Origin: Octopus vulgaris
Taxonomy: Eukaryota
Direction of reading: 5' to 3'
DNA length: 64,000 nt
NCBI GenBank assembly: GCA_951406725.2
Contig: OX597820.1
Span: 9,300,001 to 9,364,000, forward strand
In this document: positions 14,730 through 29,762 of the stretch, in pieces
Layout: each line of letters opens with the position of its first letter
Numbering within the stretch: position 1 is the first letter of the stretch
The notes under the pieces: model-generated
What the model was told of the DNA's origin: nothing
Seen by the model: the letters and a program-made list of their open reading frames with translations, nothing else
Databases searched by the model: none
Position numbers and translations under genes: made by a program

Positions 14730-15043
14730 CGATTGTGTTGCTAATTATGTAATTATTAAAATACGGAAAGGGTTAAGTAATGAGATAACTTACTAGTTTC
14801 ATAATCTGAAATGGCCGTGGACATTAGGCAATCATTATGATCATTGTTATTCTCAAGTAAAAGAGACAATTCTGGGATAGCGACTTCACGTCTGCTATTT
14901 TCTTCCTCTTGTTCTTCCCGCTTTTCAACTGTAAAGACAAAGAGTTCATGCTTATTTCTTAAAGTGTACCTTTGTATAGCTCTATAGAACTATAAAGATC
15001 TAGAGTGAAAGAGAGGGAGAGTGAGAAAGGTAGAGAGAGAGAG

Positions 15044-15143
<100 letters not shown>

Positions 15144-16329
15144 GTAGAAGAAAAGAGAGAGAAAGTTGTGACGTTCATGATTTTTCTAAATGGACAAACT
15201 TTTAACTTTCGAAATGACTTATTCTTAAATTTGTATGAGATTCTGGAAAATGACCAAAATCCTTCCTGTTTTTTTTCTTCCCCAAATGAAGGCGCATGTA
15301 TGGCTGTGTGGTTAAGAAGCCCGTTTTGAAACCATGTGGTTTCAGGTTCAATCCCACTGTGCGGCACCTTGAGCAAGTGTCTCCCACTATAACATAAGGC
15401 TGAATAATGCCTTGTTGGAAACTATGTGGAAACCCGTGGTATATGAGTGTGTGCATGTGTATTTTTGTATGTGTATTTAAGTGCCTTTGCTTGACAACCG
15501 TTGTTGGTTGTAATCTAATGGTTCGGCAAATTAATCCGATGGAATAGTACTACACTTAGAAAGAAAATACTAGGTGGTGCTCTAGCATGGCCGTAATCCA
15601 ATGACTGAAACAAGTAAACGAAAAGATAAAAGATATGATTTAGAATTAAGGCCAAACTTCCAATCCTAACACCAGGATATGGATTTAATATGCATTTCGT
15701 CTCTAGCACAGTTCTCTCCCCTTGTTTAGCACACTTCCTATCATGTCCATTTATACGCCATGTTTTCTTTTGCACCAGCGTTCACATTTTGCCACAAATT
15801 ATGCGTTTAAAAACTTTTTTTGAAACCAGGTATTTATTTCAGCTCACTATATAAACTACCGCATTGATTTATGACATAAATATCGTCGGTGACCCCCAAA
15901 GAAGGCAAAGTGTTAAATACTTATAAACTCTTTCACGTTCGTTAATAGGTGATGCGTTTACTGAGGTACAATCTGAATATTTTGATAGCGTAAAGTACTG
16001 ATTCTCGATTTTGTGAGTATGTGTAAGGAATGTACCACATTTTTCATTGCTACGTGAAAAATAATAAGACATTTGAGATCCACTAAAGTTTCTTTGGGAA
16101 AGGAAGCATACACAATTTTATTTGCTAGTCGGGTGATAAAATTGTCAGTATATTCATATTTCATTCTCTGTTTAAATGTTGAATATTACAATAATTTATT
16201 ACTATTTTGCACTTATCCTCATGGCTACCTCATGCTGTCGAGAATGATTGTCTCCCCTGCTCAGCTGTGTATTCGTTGATAGAATAACGCAGATATTTCC
16301 ATAATGAACGTAAATAGTGGTTAGTATTA

Positions 16330-17697
16330 GACAACGAGCACCAGTATCACTTTCTTTCGCTTGATTTCTTTCAAGATGTTCAGGTCTTTCTTATTCACAG
16401 TTTCAGCTCCTTGATACACAAATAGTTTTTCCCTTAAAGGTCCGCTACTGGCAGTTTTTCCCATTTTATCAAGGTTCTGTTTCATCAGATCCGGAAAGCG
16501 TTTTTTTTCTTTTCTAGCTTTGATAATTTTTCTTCTATCAGCTGAAAGTAGAAGACTTGTTTTGGAAGCGCTTATAACCACCTGGAAGAGAGGACCAGTA
16601 CATCTGAGTTGGATTTTTTAAAAATGACAATTACTTCACAGCTGATCGTTTTTGTTTCACTGAGGACATTGAAGTTTGTTCGATAGTCCTTCCAACTAAT
16701 TTCAAGAAGGTTTTGAAGTCCAGTGCTGGAGAAAATATTTCAAGCTTTCAATAAGTAGTCCATCTTTCAGATCTGTAGAGAAGAACTGGCACAACTACGG
16801 AACAGATTACAACTCGACGTTTCTGAAATCTCGAAAGCAACCGAAAGCTGCACCAGCACAGAGAAGTGTGCACTGGATCCATGTTAACATTAAAAGACAA
16901 TTCATTTACGAGATATAAGAAATGGTAAACGTTTTTGAGAACCTTTTCATATAGTTCGAATAGGGGGACTTGAAAGTTGATGTGGCGAGGAGAAGATTGG
17001 AAACAATCTGTGTCTTCTTCAAACTGATGTTTAGTACAAAGTAGGTATCCGCGCGATTAATTACTTAGATGTTGGTTTGTAGGTTCCTCTCTGCGCTCGT
17101 TTATGAAGCAATATTAATATTCGTATATCGAAAGTCTAGCAGTGAGATTGTAGCCATATTCTTGAATTTGAATCTGCAGAAGTTGAAGAGATTTTCACCG
17201 ACTCGGTAGACAATATCTATGCAATAAGAACTTGGCCCTGGTGAGATGCATGATTGCGGGGGATGAATGAATAGAACAAAGAGGCTTGGTGCAAGGATGG
17301 TCTCTGCGATACTCCGTTACTGCCATTACCAAGTCTCGAAATTTTGAATTTCTTTGCACAACCAACCGTTTTAAGAATGCAGCAGAAAAGACCGCGAATG
17401 ACAATATTGAATCCCTCCGTGACATCAACAATGATCAACTACTATGGATATTACTGTTTTTGAATTTGTATAAATGCCGTCTATCTTCACAGCCATTGGA
17501 TTGCAATGCTTACCTTCTTCCGCCCATTTCACCATTGAAGTCCTGGTTCATGGATCGTACTTAGTCTGGAACCTCCCCCACAACCTTTCCGCCATGGGTG
17601 ACCCTGCCAGGAACATGAAGCTCCCTGCGGCATAGCTTGTGAGGTCATTGGAACACGCAAGCCCTCTCACCACGACAAGGTGACGATCCGAGAGGGT
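16330..17697 (-). mobile_element. Degenerate, internally deleted RTE/BovB-type LINE
   Basis: BovB-like 5' end (cggatcgtcaccttgtcgtggtgagagggcttgcg...cagggtcacccatggcgg) followed by RT fragments IVDVTEGFNIVIRG...GCAKKF, IVYRVGENLFNFCRFK, LNISLKKT, VVVPVLLYRSERWTTY, EISWKD and KRFPDLMK, with stops and frameshifts. Confidence 0.8.
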
Positions 17698-18192
17698 ACC
17701 CTGCACTTACTGATTATCGTATTTGATGGCATAAAAGACACATAGACATATTAGATGCAACGCTATTTCAACAGCGCATATTCAGGAAAAATTTTAAGTG
17801 TATTAAAGCTTAAGGGAAATACAATTCAGGGTAGGACTCAGGGTAATTTTTAAAAAACATTTTTTGAAGAAGTGTGTCGTACATACCATAAAAAGCGATA
17901 ATTATAATTAAAATAGAAATCAATCACACAGAATTTCTCCGAAGGACGAAAAATTCAACGCAAGTCAATCGGAAGTTAGTTCTATTATCACCCAACTTAA
18001 TTTTTTAAATCACCCAAAATTTAAAGAATCATTTGCCATGTATTATTGTGAACTATTTTCAACAGCTGTTTCATCAAGAATAAACAGCATTCGTAATTTA
18101 TGGAAAATGTTAGTGTAGGATCTGGAGAAATAAAATCCTATGTGCTACTATATTCAATACAACAATCACTGCATACACAGATATCTACTCAC

Positions 18193-18226
18193 CAAAACAA
18201 TCCCAGGGAAAAGCAAAATCCTCCAT
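18193..18226 (-). CDS. ETS-domain protein, first coding exon (MEDFAFPWDCF-G); full exon 18245-18193
   Basis: Acceptor tctctcaacag|G at 18246/18245 and donor TTG|gtgagt at 18193/18192. ATG is in a strong context (atcATGG). The 34 coding nt give phase 1, matching the ETS exon. Total CDS is 1065 nt, or 354 aa. Confidence 0.75.
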
Positions 18227-18283
18227 GATATTGTTTAAACCAAACCTGTTGAGAGATGAATAAAGAGTAATTATTGTATTTGC

Positions 18284-18370
<87 letters not shown>

Positions 18371-18605
18371 AATTAGAGATAAAACCACTATTATGCAATT
18401 CAAACAGTGATAGATATAAACCAAAACATAAATAACAAATAATATATCTTTTTATAAAACATATAACTTATAACAAGCGGTAATTAAGAGTTCAATTTTG
18501 TAATTAAGATACGTAATATAAATGTATTTCACTTAAATAAATACACACACACATCTATACACGTAGACATACATACATACATACATACATACATACATAC
18601 ATACA

Positions 18606-18641
<36 letters not shown>

Positions 18642-18837
18642 TAATATATATATATAAATATATATATGCGTATATACATATATACGTCCGATCCGTACTA
18701 CAAAGACACGGACACACTCGAACGCTTAGATTTTAGATCATACAGTCAATCCCTAATTAAAAGGAGCATCCTATTTAATATGACAAGACGTATATAATCA
18801 ATGGTTACGGACACAAAAAGACGAGAGAGGGAAAGGA

Positions 18838-18874
<37 letters not shown>

Positions 18875-19183
18875 GAGAGAGAGGGGGGGAGAGATGACGG
18901 GTAGAATTAAAAATATATGCCTTCAGAAACAAAAATATTCGAAAAACAATAAATCATGGCATAATCAAGGCTAATTAGATCCCAATCTCTGTCTGACTTA
19001 GAAACTCTCACAAGGAGGCGAAAAACGAAAGTCAAAATATAAATATTCCATTTGTAGTCAACCATAATTCTAGAGACCGTAGCATCACATGTTTGGCTAA
19101 CCGATATCTTCCAATCCTAAACCCGTCATCAAATCTCAGAAAAATAATTAAAGAATCACAAATTAATAACAGCCGAAGACAAC

Positions 19184-19947
19184 CAGCTGAATTCAAAAAG
19201 CGAGATATTCCGCATTTGCCTCCCTGATCGGAAATTCATTTTGACAACGTGGTCGTCATCTTTATCGGGCCAGTGACCGACGGTTAGGGTTTGTGTGATT
19301 GATTTCTATTTCAATTATAATTATCGTTTTTTATGGCATTTACGACACACTTCTTTCTTCATAAAATGTTTCAAAAACGACACTTAACAAAGAGTAAATT
19401 CACATCAAAAGGAGACAGAATGTGTATAACAAAAAGCGGAGACCTTCGTTGAGGGACATTTGACATAATTGAACAAACAAAACCAACGTACTGGAGAACT
19501 GGAAGGAATTGAAGCATAATGATAATATTGATTGCACACAAAAAATCTCATTTACAGCATTATATATCTTCGTAGTATTATTGGCTATGGTATATAACTG
19601 GTCAGTAAGTTACCAACAGTTTCGCATCGACTATTGTGCTTGGCAAGTTTACTGACTCTTCAGACATGCAAGCCAGAAGCGCATAACCTATTTTATGGGG
19701 TAGGTATATAAATATTTCAAATTGGTGGTGGTAGAAAGAGGACAGAAAATATGGCAACAAGTGTAACATTTTTTGCTAGGAAAAGAAGGATTGCCTCCCA
19801 TGGCTCGATGCAATCGGTCGACGTCAGCTATGTGCGTGTATGTGTGCCCGTCGGTCACTGGCCTGATAAAGATGACGACCACGTTGTCAAAATGAATTTC
19901 CTATCAGGGAGGCAAAAGCGGAATATCTCGCTTTTTGAATTCAGGTG
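19184..19947. mobile_element. MITE / non-autonomous DNA transposon with ~100 bp TIRs (in an ETS intron)
   Basis: 19184-19283 is the near-exact reverse complement of 19848-19947. No TSD was resolved. Confidence 0.75.
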
Positions 19948-20349
19948 AGCACCCGGCTTGAGTGTATTTTTAGAACGATTCGCTTGTCGGCTAAACAAGG
20001 CTTGCAATAACTACTTTCACTCAGATATGGCCAACATCGTCCAAGCAGTTTCCAATTGCTTTTTTACGGTGGTGATTCCATTTTTAATAGCTGGTTAACG
20101 TTGTAACATAGTTAAAAGAGAATCTGTGATTACTTAGCCTGGCCGTTGTCTCATAAAATCTCTGTGTCTTTTACCCCGTTGTTGTTGGACGGCACAACCT
20201 GTTTCGTTGACCAGTGACTATGCTGCATTGACTGTTAACTGGGCACTCACTGTTAACCCAAAATATGAATTCCGCTTTTTAAGGGGGCTTTAGGGGTATT
20301 CACCAATGTTTCTTAATAACAGATGCACAGCTGAAGTAGACCATACATA

Positions 20350-20396
<47 letters not shown>

Positions 20397-21916
20397 CTGA
20401 ATGCGCGCGCGTTTGACTAGAAACGCTAAAGAAGCTCTCCATTGAGCAAAGCCACTCATCGTCAATGGCGTCTCTGATGCGGACCGGAAGCAGCTGTTCG
20501 ACCTAGAATTTGGCACTACTTATGACACCCACCACTGAGTCCACAATGTCAACCTTCCCTCTTCTAGAAATTTTAGCACTCAGTACTGATGCTGACTAAT
20601 ATTGTTTGTTTTCTCTAGAACAATACAGAAAAACATTTTAAAGGATTGCTCAGCCTAATTTTGTTGTCTCACACATCTCTTTCAAGCTTTCAAACCTCCG
20701 CTTCCCACTAAATTTGAACAAATTTTGAAGATACATATATTTTCCTTTCAAACTTCCGCTTCCGCAAAGGTGAATAACTCCTACACGAATGAGGAGAAAT
20801 TATCTCACTTCAACTATTAAGAAAGAGTTTTTGCTGATGGGTTAAGACGGGTCCCTATCTTACAAGTATATTTTCTGGGAAACAAAACAAATCTAATATG
20901 TTTCATTATACACTATTTCAAAGTGGCTTTGTGGTTTTGTAGGGGGCAATGTATGATCGTCTGCATGTAAATACAAAACTGTGACAATAAACTGGAATAA
21001 AATACGAAACTAAAGATTAATTTATATATAAACTACATTATACGGCTGGCTACAGTATTTCAATTTTATCTTCTTTCACATCAACTGTATATTTGTATAT
21101 AATTTGATGGATAGAATTGCCATACAAAACATAAAACTTGTATTCCTGGTTGTGATGCGTTGTGTTACTGCGATCCACTGCCAGGGTCGCTCACCACTGC
21201 TATGGTTTTGTTATCATCCACTCATTACAAATGGCTGACAGGTGGATGAAAGTTTGTTAACATTTCTTTCATTATTCTAGGAGAATTTTAAAGAATATTT
21301 TTGTGATTAGAAAACTGTTTCTTAAAGGTATTATTGCTATTAAATAATTTAATACACATATCAAGTGTGTGTTATGTATGATGGGGGTAGGATGTAGAAA
21401 GAGAGGTATAAAGAAATGATGGGACTTCTCCACATAACTTTCGGCGTACCGTAAGCGATCTTCTGCAAGTCTGTGCTAGTGGTCTGTGATGTTTTGGATT
21501 GTTTTCAATATTTTATTATTAGTAATCATATTTGTGCCTATCGATCTTATGCTTATCCGACTCCCTCCCTACGATATCCAGTCTCCAGTCCACAATACGG
21601 CCACATGAGACTTAGGGCAATTTTTTGATACATTTAGAAATGGAGCAAAACACCATCTTATAAACCGGCAAATACTGTAGTTAAATATCACAGCAAGACA
21701 ATGCATGATGTGGGATTAATACGTCTGGGCGTAAGGAGGAGGATGGGGAGAAAAGATCACAAGGAAGATGAACTGTGCATTTCAAGAAAGCAGTTAGATG
21801 GATAAGAGAAAGTAGGAGGTAGGTAGAGGGAAGAGGTTAAGAATGGAAGTATCCAAGGGAGGTAATTCTAAACATTTGTACTGCAATAATACTATATATG
21901 ATCTTGAGTTCGTAAG

Positions 21917-21958
<42 letters not shown>

Positions 21959-22050
21959 AATAAGGGTAGAAATTGATTGATATTAATCAATTAAAACCGG
22001 TGGCTTAGGATATTTAAAAAATCCGAAGATTAAAAATTGTATGTAACACA

Positions 22051-22138
<88 letters not shown>

Positions 22139-22352
22139 GTGAAATAGAAAGATGAATAATCTTGTAGCAGATTAATCAAAAGTTTAACCGATACCTTGGT
22201 AGCAAAAATCACAGCAGAAGACAGTACGGTTGGAGGTACTATATATATATGTAGGGAGAGTTTACGAAAAAAACAAAACAACAAAAGACGAAGACAGGTG
22301 ATGTAGAAAAAAAAACAGATGTATTAGTATAACGCTCAGGAATAGTAAAAGT

Positions 22353-22388
22353 CTTTTACGTTTCGAGCCTACGCTCTTCTACAGAAAG
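22353..22388 (-). ncRNA. Minimal hammerhead-like motif (A6U core variant)
   Basis: cuuu-CUGUAGA-a-gagc-guag-gcuc-GAAAC-GUA-aaag. Confidence 0.5.
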
Positions 22389-22458
22389 GGAGACAGAAAA
22401 AACAAGGAGAGAAAAAAATGTGTGTAGTGGCTAACGATCTACCTACCTACCTACCTAC

Positions 22459-22518
<60 letters not shown>

Positions 22519-22537
22519 ATAGTGTAGTGGCCAACGA

Positions 22538-22717
<180 letters not shown>

Positions 22718-23092
22718 TTGAGAGAGTATCGAGACGAATTTATAGTATTCGCGTAATGACGTAATAGCTAAGGACGACAGAACGATTACACTTTATTTCA
22801 AATCCAGCCAAATAATTTCTCTGAACAAATCGTCAAATCACAAAGTCCGTCTCTTATGGCAGCAATCAAAATAACTGTCACGGCTCACCATAGATCTTTG
22901 CTGGTCTTCTGAGCATGCGCACTAGAGTGCTTATGTGAAAATTTGAATACATCATCTATCCACACATAACCACACACATTCGAACATACACCCATGCGCA
23001 CGCACACTCACACACACACACGTACACACACAATATTTTATGTGTAAAAGACCTACTTGGAATTTATGCTGAGAGGAAGATATATGACTTAC

Positions 23093-23282
23093 CTTATGTT
23101 GTAATCGCTACCTATTTTGACAATCTTCAGAGTTGTCCAGATAATATCTACCAGTGGTATTCTTTGAGCTTATTGTAAGAGGAAAACCTTATTGAACAGT
23201 GAATTTTTCTTTGTCATGGAAGGGCTGGTACATCAAACTAGCAAGTTACTCCCCTTGAATAATCAACGGTTCACATTACAAC
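23093..23282 (-). other. Probable non-coding 5'UTR exon of the ETS gene
   Basis: Unique sequence bounded by tttatttcag|G and AAG|gtaagt. All three frames are closed, there is an in-frame stop upstream of the main ATG, and it contains short uORFs. Confidence 0.55.
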
Positions 23283-24125
23283 CTGAAATAAACACAATTA
23301 TTTAACAGAATAAGTATTTTGCAGGCGTATTACACTGTGTTGTATTTGCGTACAGGTTTACACTTGTATTTGGTGGGTGTGTTTTTGTGTGTGGTGAGGA
23401 TATCTACGTAAATTGGTTTTAAGGGATGTTACTTAGCTGGTGTGCTAACAATTGCTCGTATATTGAAGTGCAGAAGTGTGCATTATTAATAGTTCACAAA
23501 TGCATTGGATACTGTATTTGTTGTATCAGTCAACAAACGAATGGTACAAAGTATTTGTGCTGGAAGTGAGGAGAGAGGAATATGCGAGGAAAGTATGTGT
23601 TTGTAGTGAGTGGTTTGACAGAAATTACGGTGTGGAAATTTATTGCGGTTTGATGTGGGAATAGTGTTATTGTTTATTGTTCAGTCAGGCGAGCAAGTAC
23701 AGGTATAAACAGTTGTGTAAAAATCCGGTGACGAGATTCTTTGTATTAAATGGGTCACTAAAGAATGCTTATAGATAAATCAGTTGGTCTTACAATATAG
23801 ACCAGACTAAGGTTCAAATAGCGTTTGTGTTATTAGATTACTATGAAGAAATTCTAAACTGCATATTTGGGGAAGTTTAATTTTGAAGATACTTCTATAG
23901 ATACGTATTACGTTTATCCAGTGAGCTTCTAGCCTGGTGAATTGTTTTTATCTTATATTATTGCAGACAGATATATAAATATATATATATATATCGGTTC
24001 GGCAAAAGAGACCGATAGAATAAGTACTGGGCTTACAAAGAATAAGTCCCGGGGTCGATTTGCCCAACTAAAGGCGGTGCTCCAGCATGACCGCGGGCAA
24101 ATGACTGAAACAAGTAAGAGTAAGA

Positions 24126-24172
<47 letters not shown>

Positions 24173-24513
24173 AATTCAACAACAATTGAGGAACGGCCCC
24201 AATAGGCCATTCGACCCACTAGAAAGAGCAGCCAGGACTCAAACCGCTAAGTAGTAGTAATTCAGAAATTAAAGGAAAATATATATGTATATATATATGT
24301 ATATATATATATATAGAAATTCGGGGTGAGTACTTGATAATTATAAGCACCTGTGTATACCGTTTGGTGGTGTAGGTGGTGGAGTAAATTTATCATATGT
24401 ATATATATATATATGTATTCAGCGTATATATGATATATGATATGTATATGTATAATATATATATGTATATGTATATATATATATGTTTTTATTTTTATGT
24501 ATATGTTATATAT

Positions 24514-24610
<97 letters not shown>

Positions 24611-24947
24611 CATATGTTCGTGGGAAAACTCATTTAAATAAAAGGGGTCCTTGGTAGTGAAAAGGTTGGTAACCACTGATTTAAGGCAATTTGATGATTG
24701 GAGTTATTTCCCTTGCAACGTTATACATTACGCACACACGCACTCGATATCTGTTGTATATTTTTTGTTTAACCTTTTTATAGTAACATATTTACACGTA
24801 CATATATGTAGTTACGATCATTATATCTTTTTTCTGTATAATCTATCTCTATTGCTCTAAATATCATCACACTGTCTATATGGAAACAACATGTTCAGAG
24901 TGAGTAATTGATATTCCGTTCGTTAAGACAATCAAACATTTTCATTA

Positions 24948-25086
<139 letters not shown>

Positions 25087-25099
25087 AAAAAAAAAAAAT

Positions 25100-25663
25100 C
25101 AAATCAAATCAAAACAAATCAAAATAGATGAACATAAATGGAATTTGTATCTTTGTGGTACCAGTGCCGGTGGCACACAAGAAAATCATCTCGTGGCCGT
25201 AGCCAGTACCGCATAGACTGGCCTCCGTGCTTTGGGGACGTAACAAACACCATCCGATCGTGGCCGTCCGCCAGCCTCATCTGGCACCTGTGTCGGTGGC
25301 ACATAAAAACACCATCCGAGCGTGGCCGTCTGCCAGCCTCGTCTGGCATATAGCCTCATCTGGCACCTGTGTCGGTGGCACATAAAAACACCATCCGAGC
25401 GTGGCCGTCTGCCAGCCTCGTCTGGCACCTGTGTCGGTGGCACATAAAAACACCATCCGAGCGTGGCCGTTCGCCATATGTGTCGGTGGCACATATCACC
25501 CACTACACTCTCGGAGTGGTTGGCGTTAGGAAGGGCATCCAGCTGTAGAAACACTGCCAGATCTGACTGGCCTGGTGCAGCCTTCGGGCTCCCAGACCCC
25601 AGTTGAACCGTCCAACCCATGCTAGCATGGAAAACGGACGCTAAATGATGATGATGATGATGA
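25100..25663 (+). mobile_element. Retroposon with ~62 bp internal tandem repeats and a Meta-domain-like 3' part
   Basis: Repeats of cctcgtctggcacctgtgtcggtggcacataaaaacaccatccgagcgtggccgtc, then gtggttggcgttaggaagggcatccagctgtag and a (tga)n tail. Confidence 0.6.
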
Positions 25664-25784
25664 TATATGTATGTATGTACCGGAGTAAACACATAAATGT
25701 GAAACAAGGTGGAAAAAAGAGTACTCAAATACCAGTGGTAGAGTAATATGCTTTATTTAAAGCAGCAGAAAATTCAACAAAACC

Positions 25785-25820
25785 TGTTACTCTGAGTTTC
25801 CCGTTGCCGTTCATCGGACA
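25785..25820 (-). ncRNA. Minimal hammerhead-like motif (U4C variant)
   Basis: ugu-CCGAUGA-acg-gcaa-cgg-GAAACUC-a-GA-GUA-aca. Confidence 0.45.
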
Positions 25821-26635
25821 TTTTTTTCTAGCAAAAACTGTCCGATGAACACAGCTGTTTCTGCCGCAAATATGCCGTGGACTCATAGTTGGGTGCCCGA
25901 GTAACACCTTATTAGCTTCATCGGAGCCTCGAATATCAAGTGCAATTTAATTACAATTACATTGCAGGTATGAACTAATGGAGTTCATAAAATAATCTTT
26001 TATTCGCTTGTCGTCTCATTTTCTTCTTCTTCTACACACACACACAATTAGATAGATAGTAAAAAAAATGGCATTTTTTCTTTCAATCATTGCAAACGTT
26101 TCGATAAATTTTTACACCTGCAGTTCATTAGTGAGATGTATAATTACTATCATTCCACCAAGGTGTAAAATGCGCCTCCTCAGATGATTGCTTCAATAAG
26201 TCCTTCATTCCATCCTATCGTCAGTGTGAAAAAGCATAACCACAGTGAGGAGGCGCATTTTCAGCAGTTTATAGACAAACCTAAATCCATAGATACAATG
26301 ACAGTCAGGTAGCCAATAACTGCGGACGAGCTTTGCATAGCATTCTACAGGGTTTTTTCTCACCGAATCATATTCAACTAAATAATATAATATTTAGAGT
26401 AGATGAAATCATGGCGACTGAAGAAGGGTTTTTTTCCTTGTGTTATTTGTCCTGTACTCTATTTTTTTTTTGTTCTTTAAGAAAAATGTCCAGTTCCTTG
26501 GGTTTGTGTCTATGTTTTCATTTCTCATTGTGTTCGACGTTTTTTTGGTGTCCTGTACTCATATATGCGTGTATATATACATGTAGAGGTAGGTACGTAC
26601 ATATATGTATATATATATGCATATGTTTTATTTAT

Positions 26636-26718
<83 letters not shown>

Positions 26719-28103
26719 AATACATGCATACATGTTTGTAGTTGTGTGTGTGTGTGGTTGTGTGTGTTTGTGTGTGTTTGTTTGTTTGTGTATGTGTGTG
26801 TGTGTGTGTGTGTGACATGTGCATGTTAGCAACACTCATTATACTCAAATTTGCCTTGTCAGCGTAAGGAAAGAATAGTTTTATGCCAGAATAGTTTTTA
26901 TGAGTTACGGCAGTGACAAACAAACAATAGAAAACCAGATGAATGGTTGATAAAATTCTCTTTTGACCTATAACGCTCTTTAGAGCGTTTCTTTAGTGCT
27001 GTTTTAAATGTAACCATATAATCGATATTGTTCGACTATGAAATACACATTCGTATCTTTCCACCACCCAAGGAAAATCCTAACCTACAACATGTCTACA
27101 TTTAATCAAAAGAAATCTGCTATTTATGATTTAAAAAATGAACGTAGGGCGGCGAAATGGCAGAATCGTTAGCACAGCGGACAAAATGCTTAGCGGTGTG
27201 TCATCCATCTTTATGTTCTGAGTTCAAAATCCGCCGAGATCGACTTTGCCTTTCTGGCTCAATAAAATAAATAACCAGTTGAACACTGGGTCGGTGTATT
27301 CGATTTACATCCTCCCCCGAAATTGCTGGCTTTGTGCCAAAATTTGATACCGATATATAATAAATGAATAATATATAATAAATGAATAATCGGTCAGCTT
27401 TTTCCGACTGGGGTTTTCTGAAACCCAAGGCTTCAACGACAGCTCGCTAGGATTTCCCGAGAAATATAAATACATAGACGAATAATAAGAAAATAAATTT
27501 TAAAGTCGTTTTTATCTTTAACCCAAGGTTCGTGATTTTTTTTTATCAAAGCGATCCTTCTTCTCTATGGAGGCGAAACTTGGGCCCTGAAGAAAGAGCT
27601 TCAAGTCCACTTTCATGGCATGTACAACAGGCTTTTCATGGCAGCTCAAAATATCACATGGCGTTAACATAAGAATAACAAGGAGATTTATGGATATATT
27701 TCTCCCCTATTTAATATTGTTGCCTTACGTACAGTAGTCTTTCCTGGCCACAACTATCGTGTCGAATTATAGACCATGTCAGATGTCATATTTTGAAGCG
27801 CTCCATACCTTAACAGAGAACGAACATCGCTGAGCTATTATTTTGAGAGACTCATATCATGATACCTCATACACAAAAGCTAATGGACAGCAAATTCCTA
27901 GCACGGCGTAGTGAAACTCATCTCGATGGCAGCCGTTCTAATGATTCTGGCACCACAAGATGTTAAGTATTGTAGAAGCGACTCGTCGATTACATCGAGC
28001 TCCGTGATCATCTAGTACTTATTTTATCGACCCCGAAAGGACGAAAGGTAAAGTCGGCCATTGCGGCATTTCAACTCAGAATATAAAGACGACGACGACG
28101 ACG

Positions 28104-28177
<74 letters not shown>

Positions 28178-28542
28178 TAATAATAGTTTCAAAATTTGCC
28201 ACAAAGGCAGCCTTTTTGATGGAAGGGATAAGTCGTTTACGTTGACCTCAGTATTTCACTGGTACTTAATTTATTGACCCCCGAAAGGACAAAAGGTAAA
28301 GTCAACCTCGGCGGAATTTGAACTCAGAAAGTCAGTAGAAACGCCGCAAGGCATTTTGTCCGGCATTCTTACTATTCTGCCAGCTAGCCGCCTAAAAACG
28401 ATAACAATGACTCTTTTTTACTATAGGCAACAAGACCTCAAATTTGTGGGGTCGGGACTAGTGGATTACATCGACCCCAGTATTTCACTGGTACTTAATT
28501 TATCGACCTCGATAGTATAAAAAGTAAAGTCGACCTCGGCAG

Positions 28543-28621
<79 letters not shown>

Positions 28622-28728
28622 GGAGGGTATTGTAGTTCGCTTGAAGCATTATGTATTGTTTGTAAAATATAAAGTTTCTTGAATGGCCCAACTATGTAGA
28701 GCAGTGACTCAAGATCAATTCCTAGCAA

Positions 28729-28766
28729 CATCTGAAGAAGGAATTTTTGTGTTCCGAAATATTATT
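28729..28766 (+). ncRNA. Minimal hammerhead-like motif (CUGAAGA)
   Basis: cau-CUGAAGA-a-ggaa-uuuuugug-uucc-GAAAU-AUU-auu. Confidence 0.5.
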
Positions 28767-28844
28767 ATTTTATCAGACTTTGGATGATAAAATTATAACA
28801 GCTATTATAGTCCACTCTGCATTGTCGTGACATTCAAGACACGT

Positions 28845-28964
<120 letters not shown>

Positions 28965-29286
28965 GCCGTGTGTTGAATGGAATTCTTAGAGGTTTGGATA
29001 ATTCGCCTTTGGAAACATGGGTGGTTCGTTCAACATCCTTAAACAATCCTTATTCAGGGACCTTTTGAGCGGGATGGGCTACTCGACCAGAAGAAAATTC
29101 TAACTGGGCCCCACCCGCAAGTTCATGTGCTGTTTAATCTTGATATGAGATATTCATGTCGCGCACATATGGTTGTGATGCATGTGCCTGGTGTACCCTT
29201 ATCAGACGGGTAGTCATGATGGGTATACCGGGCTTCGTATATTTTACCCCAGTGTCACTTTGATGGCATGCACTGCTCTCTCACTC

Positions 29287-29321
<35 letters not shown>

Positions 29322-29605
29322 TAATAATTTGTATTTGTACAAGTTGACTCCAAGTTTCACCCAGAGACCTTAAGAGACAGCAAGTTAGAAGCTAAAGTTA
29401 GTGTTATGCCTAGGGTGCCATATCTTTGGTTTTGTACAGGGTATTGTTCTAGAGAATGTCTGTCAAAACCTAAGTAAATTAGAAGTTTGTTTTAAAAGTG
29501 ATTGTTTTAAAAGTGATTGTTTTAAAAGTGATTGTTTTAAAAGTGATAGCCTGAAATGATAATAATAATAATAATAATAATCACAGTAATAGTAAATGAA
29601 CTTAC

Positions 29606-29762
29606 GCGACGACTTAATTTTCGCCGAAGCAGAAGAAATCGTTTTGCCGTAATTTTTCTTTTTGGTGTCTCGTTATTGGCATTCACTTCGTTACGTCCTG
29701 ACATTCAGACAACAGAGCTCCAGCAACACTTGTGGTTTAGTAGAGTTGCAGGCCGGTTATGT
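29606..29762 (-). other. Probable first (5'UTR) exon of the ETS gene
   Basis: CpG-containing unique segment running from an Inr-like TCACAT (A at 29762) to the donor CGC|gtaagt (29606/29605). Confidence 0.5.

Noticed and set aside
16327-16581. Extra ETS-gene exon (ORF preceded by a cag acceptor)
   Set aside because: The sequence is the frameshifted C-terminus of the RTE LINE and ends in a stop; exon 18193 already joins 13597 in phase.
25200-25495. CRISPR-like or coding repeat (ORF 25186-25728)
   Set aside because: It is a simple tandem repeat inside a retroposon, with no unique spacers.
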